Of a stretch of 46,836 nucleotides of DNA, positions 39,559-46,836 are shown in pieces. The stretch spans positions 1-46,836 of the forward strand of contig CBEVQY010000024.1 of assembly GCA_965552135.1 (NCBI GenBank), written 5' to 3'. The position numbers and the translations under genes are program-made. This DNA comes from an uncultured bacterium (GTDB taxonomy: Bacteria; UBP14; UBA6098; B30-G16). A model generated the notes under the pieces. That model saw only the letters and a list, made by a program, of their open reading frames with translations, did not search any database and was not told the DNA's origin. The number at the start of each line of letters is the position of its first letter. The stretch's first letter is position 1.

Positions 39559-40767
39559 ATGCTGGTTGCCTTTGCTATACTTCTTTCCTTCGGGTTTTCC
39601 GTGTGTCAAACGCCGTGGCTTAGGGTTGGTATTGGCGGGTCGCTTGTGGGGCAAAACTACTCCCTTCTGGAGCGCGATACCCTCGCCCTCACGCCCGAGG
39701 GCAAACTCATGCTGGACGGCTGGCGCGGGTGGAGCACTGCCGCAGGCTCCCTCCGAACCGACGCCAAAGCCGACGTAGGCAACGAAAGCGTGTGGGCTCA
39801 GGCCAAAGGCGAATGGCGCATCGAGGTGGGAAAACTCGAGATAAAAACCGCAGAGCTCGTCGAGGGTCGCGTGCCGTACGACGAAGACTCAGACATAACG
39901 GGGTACGGAAAACACCGCTTCAACCTCAAACTCTCGCAGAAAACGGGCAGAGGGGAGCTTGTGGTGGAGCTGTGGGTCGAGGGAAAACGGTACGCTCAAA
40001 CGACAAGCTATAACTACAACTACAACCTCCTCCGCTCGAGCGTCTCCTATTTCTTCCCCCTCTCCGGCTGGGACTGCGAGATAGGCTGGGACTTTTCCCA
40101 CCGCAGCGTGCCCGACTCCGCCAGCGCAAACTACGACAGAAGAAGACTCTCACTTATCTCGTCGAAGCTTTGGGAGAGCGGCACATACGCAGAGCTCTGG
40201 CTTGAACTCGACAGAGAGCACTTTCCCTCCGAGACGCAGGAGGGTTCGTACCTTTCGGTTTGGCTGGGCGGTCAGGCATCGCTTTTGCTCGGAGGGGTCT
40301 GCGTTGAGCCAAGCTGCGAGCTTGAGCGGCGCGGATACGACGTCCAGACCGACACATACTTCGACTACACCTGGCTTTCGGGCTCGGTGCTTTTGGGAAA
40401 AGATATCGGCGGGTGGCACATAGCCGCAGGACCCAGCGCCTCGCTGCAGAAAGCCGACCCGCAATACGTGGGCGAAACCTTTGCAGATGTCGGACTCAAG
40501 CTTTCGACCGACTGCATAAGGTACGGGAAGTTCTGGATCTTCGCCACGCTTGAGCCCGGAAGGCGGTTCTACTCCAACACCGCGGACACGGTGGCAAACT
40601 TTTCGAACTACGCCTTCTGTGACCTTTCGGTAACCGCCGCCGTCTGGATCAAAAAGCACCTTCGAGCTGATCTTTCGGCATCGTATCTCCCCGAATGGCA
40701 CAGGGTCGAAAGGGACGACATAGCCGTATCTTACCTTTCCCTTGCGGTGAGGTATGAGTTCTACTAA
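39559..40767 (+). CDS. Putative outer-membrane beta-barrel protein
   Basis: Signal peptide; alternating amphipathic strands rich in Tyr and Trp; C-terminal LAVRYEFY aromatic motif. Confidence 0.7.
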   Translation: MLVAFAILLSFGFSVCQTPWLRVGIGGSLVGQNYSLLERDTLALTPEGKLMLDGWRGWSTAAGSLRTDAKADVGNESVWAQAKGEWRIEVGKLEIKTAELVEGRVPYDEDSDITGYGKHRFNLKLSQKTGRGELVVELWVEGKRYAQTTSYNYNYNLLRSSVSYFFPLSGWDCEIGWDFSHRSVPDSASANYDRRRLSLISSKLWESGTYAELWLELDREHFPSETQEGSYLSVWLGGQASLLLGGVCVEPSCELERRGYDVQTDTYFDYTWLSGSVLLGKDIGGWHIAAGPSASLQKADPQYVGETFADVGLKLSTDCIRYGKFWIFATLEPGRRFYSNTADTVANFSNYAFCDLSVTAAVWIKKHLRADLSASYLPEWHRVERDDIAVSYLSLAVRYEFY

Positions 40768-40797
40768 GGTTTAATTGGATTTCGCCGGAGGTGAGGG

Positions 40798-42252
40798 TTG
40801 GCAGTGCTTGAGAGGGAGCTTCCGCATTCGCCCGACGCCGAACGGGCGGTTTTGGGCGCAATGATAATGTATCCCGCTGCGCTGGAGAGGGGACTTGAGC
40901 TCCTTGAGGGCAGCATGTTCTTCAACAAAGCCCACGCCATCATATTCAACAGGATGGCGCAGCTTGTGCACGACAACGTTTCTGTAGACGTAGTGACGCT
41001 TTCGGAGGCTCTCGAGCGGCACGGCGAGCTCGGGAAGGTCGGCGGAAGGGAGTACATCGCCGACCTCGCAAGCTCGGTCATCTCCCCCGCCCACTTCGAC
41101 GAACACGCATCGGTGGTTAAAGAAAAGGCGCTGCTTAGATCCCTTGTGGAGTTCTGCACAGAAGTCATCGACAGGATATACCGCGCGCCGGGAGACGTCC
41201 AAACGTTCATCGACAGGGTCGAAGCCGAGTTCTTCGGGCTAACTCAAAGAAGAATCAAAAGCGACTTCGTGTCGCTTCGTAAGATAATCTTCGACGTCTA
41301 CGAGGAGGTTCAGGCGCTTCAGAAGCAGCGCAAGCTCGTTTCGGGTATCTCAACCGGCTACTCCGAGCTCGACAGAATTCTCACGGGGTTCCACCCCTCC
41401 GACTACATAGTTCTCGGCGGTCGCACATCGTCGGGTAAGACGGCGTTTGCGCTTTCGCTTGCGAGGAACATCGCCATCACCCCTGAGGACGAGAACCGTC
41501 GCGGCGTCGCCATCTTCAGCCTCGAGATGTCGGCGCAGCAGCTCGCACTAAGACTCCTTGCCGGCGCAGCCAACGTCAGCGCGCACAGAATGCGGCAGGG
41601 GATGCTGCGCAAAGATGAATTGGCTGAGCTGAGCCTCAAACTCGACCGTGTTGCAAGCGCACCGATATTCATCGACGACACGGCGAACCTGAGCATAATG
41701 GAGCTTCGTACGAAGGCTCGTCGCCTGCTGCGCCGCGCCGACATAAGCCTCATCATAGTCGACTACCTGCAGCTTGTTGCGCCAGCGCGCAGATACGACA
41801 CCCGCCAGGAGGAGGTCGCCTCGATCTCGCGCGCCCTCAAAAACCTTGCCCGCGAGCTTGAGGTCACGGTGCTTGCGCTGGCGCAGCTCGCCCGACGCGC
41901 CGAAGAAACCAAAGACTACAGACCCCGACTCTCACACCTGCGCGAATCGGGCGCAATCGAACAGGACGCCGACGTCGTCCTCCTCCTCCACAGACCCGAA
42001 CTCTACGACAAAGAAAAACCGATCAAGATAGGCGACGACCTCGTTAGCCCCGAGGGCATAGCGGAGCTCATAATCGCCAAGCAGCGCAATGGACCAACAG
42101 GAGAGGTGTACTTCGCCTTCGACAAGGAGAGCATCACCTTCGAGCAATACGAGCTTTATCGCCGTCCCGAGGACTACGGCATAAGCCCGCACGTGCGGGA
42201 GGAGACTCCCCCAAGCGAGATGGACGATATCGCAAGATACGGCGGGGTTTAG
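40798..42252 (+). CDS. dnaB: Replicative DNA helicase (no intein)
   Basis: PHSPDAERAVLG, Walker A GGRTSSGKT, FSLEMS, IIVDYLQL, LRESGAIEQDAD and IIAKQRNGPTG motifs. Confidence 0.97.
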   Translation: MAVLERELPHSPDAERAVLGAMIMYPAALERGLELLEGSMFFNKAHAIIFNRMAQLVHDNVSVDVVTLSEALERHGELGKVGGREYIADLASSVISPAHFDEHASVVKEKALLRSLVEFCTEVIDRIYRAPGDVQTFIDRVEAEFFGLTQRRIKSDFVSLRKIIFDVYEEVQALQKQRKLVSGISTGYSELDRILTGFHPSDYIVLGGRTSSGKTAFALSLARNIAITPEDENRRGVAIFSLEMSAQQLALRLLAGAANVSAHRMRQGMLRKDELAELSLKLDRVASAPIFIDDTANLSIMELRTKARRLLRRADISLIIVDYLQLVAPARRYDTRQEEVASISRALKNLARELEVTVLALAQLARRAEETKDYRPRLSHLRESGAIEQDADVVLLLHRPELYDKEKPIKIGDDLVSPEGIAELIIAKQRNGPTGEVYFAFDKESITFEQYELYRRPEDYGISPHVREETPPSEMDDIARYGGV

Positions 42253-45200
42253 GGCAATATCCTGCAGCCCGCAACGTTGAAGAGGGAGTCGAGCGTTATC
42301 TGCACCGAGTCGGCGTCGGCGTAGTCGTAGCCGAGGAAGAGGTCGTACTCGTCTCCCGCCCCAATCCACGACACAAACGGCGAAGGCGTCGATATCCGCA
42401 GCGTATCGACGCCGCCCGCTTCGTGGAAGATCAAGACCGTCAAAAACGCTCGCGCCGTGTCTATCTCGGCTCCCGTGGTGTCAACGATGTGGAACCCGGC
42501 GTACGCCGTCGTACACGAGACGAACCCGAAGCTCGTCGGGCACACAAGGGAACAAAGCGCAGAGGCGCAGGGCAAAATCACAAACGGACACGATACCTCC
42601 ACGCCGCGGTTGCCGAAGGAGTCGTACGTCACGGCGATGAAGACCGCGCTGTCGCAGGGCATGTACGGAACGACGAAGTCCAGGGATGTATCTGTTGCGG
42701 CGCCCAAAAACTGGGTATCCGCGCCGCAGACTATCCAGAGCGAGCAATCGGTCCCGGGAACGAAGAACGAATCGTCCACCGCCCACGAGATGGTATAGGA
42801 CGCGCCCGTGGCGAGGCTGTCGCCGCACAAAAGCGGATCGAACACAACCCGCGGCTTGCGCGAGTCGAGGCAGCCTGTGACCTCAAACGTGTCGCTACAG
42901 CCCCAAAGGCAAACGCGATAGACCATATCGTTGGCGTGGTCGGTGTACCAAAAGCAGCTTCCGTCGAACGTGAGCCCCTCGGGACCGTAGGTCCCCGCCG
43001 CAGGAAGAGCAAAGCTGTCCACAACCTGACCCGTCGAGTCGACCTGAAAGAGTATGTGCGTGATCCCCCCCGCCGGATTGCGCAGAATCCAGATGTACCC
43101 AAATGCGAAGACCATCGCGTCCGCGGTAACAGAACCGGAGAAGAGGCTGTCGCCGTGATACGCGAGGAAAGTGTCCTCCACGGAGATCCACAGCGTGTCG
43201 TCGTAGGGCGGGAAGGGGTCGACGCGGTAGATGAGCCCGTGGCTGTCGTTGACCCACAGATACCCGTCGTGCCAGGCTATACCCTGCCCCCACCGACCCG
43301 AGCCCCAAAGCCCATCCGACGAATCAACAACAACGCAGCCGGAAGGATCAACAACAAACATCTGGCGACCGGAAGCCTGCATCATATAAAGTGTGTCGTT
43401 ATGCCACTCCATATCGGCGTACATGTTGGTGATGACGTCGTAGAAGGCGCACGAGTCGAGGATTTCGTGCGTGGCGGGATCGACTTTGTACACGACGACG
43501 GTGTCGCTGTAGGGCGTGGCTATGCTGCTTATCCAAAGGTACTCGCCGTCGAAGGCGATGCCCTCGGGGTTTCGGAAGGCAAACGAATCGCTCACGACCA
43601 AAAGCTCCGTCGTCTCGTTGTTGACCGTTATCCGAGCTGTGAAGTCACATCCCTCGCGGTCGGCGTAGTCCGCGCCCATATCCCAAACGAAACAGTGGGT
43701 TCCGTTCAACACCCACCCAACGTTGGGCGCCAGGTAGGCGCTTGCAGTGTCGTATATGGTGTGCACCGGCACGGCGGCGGTGTCGTCGAAAACCTCAAGC
43801 TCGACGAAGAACGAATCTCCGTCGGCGTCGGACGCAGTGTAGCAAACAACGACGAGGTTCTCGCCGTCGCGCTCCGTCTCCTCCCAAAACCAAACCGAAT
43901 CGACCTCCGGACACGAGCACGGATCAAAAGCAAACTCTATCTGCTGCAGCCAGGGGAGGTAGGCCGGGTTTGAGTACCAAAGCTCTGCGCGGTACTGGTA
44001 GTATCTGTGCCCCAGGATGGTTGGCGGCAGGGGCGCGCCGTCGACGAGGGTGTCCCACGGCGTCCACGATGCATCGGGAAGCGGCGTATCACCACCGCGC
44101 GCCAGAACTATAACCTCCGAACCCAGCGGCACAGGCAGCGTTCCGCCGCTGTAGTCGCGCTCGTCGTACGCTATCCAGCTGACCGAACCCGAACAAGCGC
44201 CGTGCTCAAAGCCCGTGTCGAAGACGTTGCTCTCGTAAAACGCCGACTTCGACCTGTCGCGGATGTTCCCCGGCTCCCTGAAGATCCCGTGGTGGTCGTA
44301 GTTGTTCGGGAAGGAGTCGCACGTCACAAAGGCGGGTCCCCAAAGGAGGAGGGAGTATCCCGCGGGCGGATCCCCGACGTTGACGAATATGTCGGCGTTC
44401 CCGTCGTCGTTTGCGTCGATTACTGTGCCGCCTGTGGCATCGATAACGTAGGGACCTATGGTGTAGCAGTCTGCATCGGAGAAAAGCGGCGTTGCCCCGC
44501 CGCTGTTCAGGCAAACCTTGAGCGAGCCCGCTCCGTGGCTGCGGAAGAAGATTATATCGAGCCAGCCATCGCCGTTGAAGTCGTGTAGCGCCGAGCCGCC
44601 GTACGACGGCCCGGGGTGAAGCTGCAGCGTCGACGTCACAGGCGCCGAAAAACCTACACCGTCGTTTATGAATATCTCCGTCAGGTCGCCAGCGCTGCCC
44701 GTGTAGTTGCAGTCGGTAACGACGACGTCGATGAAGCCGTCCCTGTTCAGGTCGCCGACGGAAAGCCCGTGGTGCCAATCGGGACTGACGTCCTGAAGGA
44801 TGAGGGTGTCGATGTCGAACGCCCTCCCGCCGAGGTTGCGGAAAACAAGTAGAGGTCTGTTGCCTTCAAGATATAGGACCAGAAGGTCGAGGTCGGCGTC
44901 GTTGTCGAGGTCGGCGCACTCTATGTTGTGGCAGATCCCAGAGAAAACCGTAAACGTCGTCCTCGGACCAACGCCCCACGGGCGAAGCACACCCATCGTC
45001 CCCCAGTATATGTTCACCTGGTTGTTGTCGCCGCCTACGACGATATCGAGATAACCATCGGCGTCCAGGTCGGCGACGTAAACCGCCTCGCCGTCGTCGT
45101 TGGGGATGAGCGTCGTGTCGGATGCGGAGAAGGTTCCGCCCGAGTTCCAGTATATCACGGTGTTTCCGCCCCAGTATCCGGAGTGGATTATTTCGGCATC

Positions 45201-45554
45201 GCCGTCCCAGTCGAGGTCGGCGAAGTCGCAGTCGCCGCCGGGAGCGCTCATCGGCAAACCGAGCATGTGATCAAGACCAGTCGGTCCCATAAACCACACT
45301 CTAAGCGAGCACGGGCAGTTGAAGTCGGGCGAGATGAAGTCGGGGTAGCCGTTGCCGTCGAGGTCGAAGCGCGGAAACCACTCCACAGCCCCGCGGTAAA
45401 CCGGCGCCTCAAGACCTATCCGAAACGATGCGTAAAGGTTTGGATCGATGTAGCCGTCGGCGAAATCGCTTTGGGTGGTCTCGGTCCAGTAAACAGTCTG
45501 CGGGAAGACCACCAGGGGAAGCAGGATCAAAAGCAGGAAAGGCGCCTTTTTCAC
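42249..45554 (-). CDS. Large secreted FG-GAP/VCBS-repeat protein with a second (NHL/glutaminyl-cyclase-like) beta-propeller; no T9SS-like tail
   Basis: GGAGG RBS plus GTG; signal peptide; seven DxDxDG-type repeats; PEGIAFDGEYLW, QGIAWHDGYLW and PEGLTFDGSCFW blades. Confidence 0.82.
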   Translation of the reverse strand: MKKAPFLLLILLPLVVFPQTVYWTETTQSDFADGYIDPNLYASFRIGLEAPVYRGAVEWFPRFDLDGNGYPDFISPDFNCPCSLRVWFMGPTGLDHMLGLPMSAPGGDCDFADLDWDGDAEIIHSGYWGGNTVIYWNSGGTFSASDTTLIPNDDGEAVYVADLDADGYLDIVVGGDNNQVNIYWGTMGVLRPWGVGPRTTFTVFSGICHNIECADLDNDADLDLLVLYLEGNRPLLVFRNLGGRAFDIDTLILQDVSPDWHHGLSVGDLNRDGFIDVVVTDCNYTGSAGDLTEIFINDGVGFSAPVTSTLQLHPGPSYGGSALHDFNGDGWLDIIFFRSHGAGSLKVCLNSGGATPLFSDADCYTIGPYVIDATGGTVIDANDDGNADIFVNVGDPPAGYSLLLWGPAFVTCDSFPNNYDHHGIFREPGNIRDRSKSAFYESNVFDTGFEHGACSGSVSWIAYDERDYSGGTLPVPLGSEVIVLARGGDTPLPDASWTPWDTLVDGAPLPPTILGHRYYQYRAELWYSNPAYLPWLQQIEFAFDPCSCPEVDSVWFWEETERDGENLVVVCYTASDADGDSFFVELEVFDDTAAVPVHTIYDTASAYLAPNVGWVLNGTHCFVWDMGADYADREGCDFTARITVNNETTELLVVSDSFAFRNPEGIAFDGEYLWISSIATPYSDTVVVYKVDPATHEILDSCAFYDVITNMYADMEWHNDTLYMMQASGRQMFVVDPSGCVVVDSSDGLWGSGRWGQGIAWHDGYLWVNDSHGLIYRVDPFPPYDDTLWISVEDTFLAYHGDSLFSGSVTADAMVFAFGYIWILRNPAGGITHILFQVDSTGQVVDSFALPAAGTYGPEGLTFDGSCFWYTDHANDMVYRVCLWGCSDTFEVTGCLDSRKPRVVFDPLLCGDSLATGASYTISWAVDDSFFVPGTDCSLWIVCGADTQFLGAATDTSLDFVVPYMPCDSAVFIAVTYDSFGNRGVEVSCPFVILPCASALCSLVCPTSFGFVSCTTAYAGFHIVDTTGAEIDTARAFLTVLIFHEAGGVDTLRISTPSPFVSWIGAGDEYDLFLGYDYADADSVQITLDSLFNVAGCRILP

Positions 45555-45604
45555 AAACCCGACCTCCCTTAAGGCGCAAAAGCCGACCCAATCGCCGCAA
45601 TTTT

Positions 45605-45633
45605 TAATTACAAAACGGGGCGCCGCGGGGCAA
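45605..45633 (-). promoter_or_regulatory. Putative promoter TTGCCC-N17-TAATTA
   Basis: In the 45555-45645 gap upstream of the FG-GAP gene. Confidence 0.4.
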
Positions 45634-45645
45634 GGGAAAAAGCCT

Positions 45646-46836
45646 TCATCTCACAAGAGCCGCCCGCCTCGCAAGCCGCCACGGTCCACACCTGAGGACA
45701 ACGAAATAGACGCCGCTTGGCATCCGCGAAGCATCCCAACGCACAACACGAGCAACACCCTGCGCCTCAACCGCAGAGCGAAAAACCCTCCGACCGAAAA
45801 GATCACGAACCTCCACACTGGCGGGGATGCAACCCGGCTTGCGCACCAGAACCTCACAGATCGAGTTGAACGGGTTAGGTGAAATGCAAAGATCAACCGA
45901 GACATCCCGTCCGCTCGTTTCCTCCACGCGCGTCAGGTGGACGACGGAGCGCAGGATGCGGTAGTTCGGGTCGATGCGCACGCGCTCAACGGAATCGGAA
46001 AACTCCCAAACGAACTCCTCCACAACCGAATCGAGCCAAACTGTGTCCCAGACGGAGCCACCTGCGGTTTCGAACTCAAGCTCGACGAGCGTTACGAAGA
46101 CCTCGGGACCGGAGGCGTTGTCCTGCTCGATGTGCAGCAAAAGGTCGAACGCATCGTCCGAGCGCCACTGAGCATACCAGTACTCGAGCCGCGGCCAGCC
46201 CGACTGATAAACCCACTGATCAAAAAACCAGCCCAGCGGAGCGCCGTAATACTCCTCCATAACGACCCTGAGCGAGTCGGTTGTGACCGTTCTGTACCGG
46301 AAGCGGCTTGTGTACTCCCTCACAGCCCCGAAGAAAGCCGAATCGCCTAGAAGGAACCTAAGCATCTCCACAACGCAGCCGCCCTTGTTGTAGCAAGTGT
46401 AGGAGAGGTATTCCTCCGGATCATACATAGGGAAATCCTCGCCCGATGCGCGGAACTGCGTTTGGGTTTGCCTGCGGTACTGCACCGCCTCCTCGGCGCC
46501 GTGGAAGATCTCGGTGAACAGAAACTCCGCGAAGACGGCGAAACCTTCGTTCAGCCAGAAGTCGCGCCAGTCGGCAAGACCGACGGAGTTCCCGAACCAC
46601 GAGTGCGAAAGCTCGTGCGCAACCACAGCCTCGTAAAGCCTCGTCCCCGTGACGAGTCCGTCGCCGATGAAGGTCATCGTCTGGTGTTCCATGCCGCCCA
46701 ATCCGAAGGGCACGGTCGCCATGCCGTAGCGGCTGAAGGGATACTCGCCAAAGTACGTCTCGAACGAGTCGAGCATCTCGGGCGCTCGACCCCAGTCGTA
46801 CGCAGCCGCAGCCGAATCCTCAGGATAGGCGAAATA
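45646..46836 (-). CDS. Secreted M1 family aminopeptidase with T9SS-like tail (5' end outside the window)
   Basis: GGMEHQ, HELSHSWFGN...WLNEGFA and YNKGG motifs; tail SPNPFN...SGVYFV..RRAALVR. The frame stays open to the window edge (YFAYPEDSAAAAYDWGRAPEML). Confidence 0.93.
   Translation of the reverse strand, partial: YFAYPEDSAAAAYDWGRAPEMLDSFETYFGEYPFSRYGMATVPFGLGGMEHQTMTFIGDGLVTGTRLYEAVVAHELSHSWFGNSVGLADWRDFWLNEGFAVFAEFLFTEIFHGAEEAVQYRRQTQTQFRASGEDFPMYDPEEYLSYTCYNKGGCVVEMLRFLLGDSAFFGAVREYTSRFRYRTVTTDSLRVVMEEYYGAPLGWFFDQWVYQSGWPRLEYWYAQWRSDDAFDLLLHIEQDNASGPEVFVTLVELEFETAGGSVWDTVWLDSVVEEFVWEFSDSVERVRIDPNYRILRSVVHLTRVEETSGRDVSVDLCISPNPFNSICEVLVRKPGCIPASVEVRDLFGRRVFRSAVEAQGVARVVRWDASRMPSGVYFVVLRCGPWRLARRAALVR

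Overview
A 46.8-kb, GC-rich, very gene-dense chromosomal segment with about 30 CDSs. LptE, ExbB/TolQ, a beta-barrel protein and MurJ indicate a diderm bacterium. The redox genes suggest an anaerobe. Five secreted proteins carry T9SS/FlgD-like 'PNPFN' C-terminal tails, which suggests an FCB-related candidate lineage (inference). Housekeeping genes (topA, amidase, panC, pgi/pmi, murJ, pta, mrdA, hutI, dnaB) are interleaved with large secreted peptidases of families C1A, C25, M4/M36 and M1, and with an NfnAB electron-bifurcating transhydrogenase. The standout feature is a heterodisulfide-reductase A (HdrA) cut in two inside its inserted ferredoxin domain, with a NuoEFG/HydCBA-like module placed in the gap. 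The result is three genes: HdrA(N)::NuoE, NuoF/HydB and NuoG(N)::HdrA(C), a candidate complex with two flavin-bifurcation centres. An AT-rich island (papain-family protease plus a decayed DUF5131 remnant) lies between the second and third genes. Other oddities are a deoB with one in-frame TAG, a recurring TTGnnn-N16/17-TAnCTT promoter with apparently leaderless starts, and three convergent gene pairs whose stop codons overlap by 4 bp. I saw no rRNA, tRNA, CRISPR array or intact transposase/integrase. All calls come from motif recognition by eye, without database searches.
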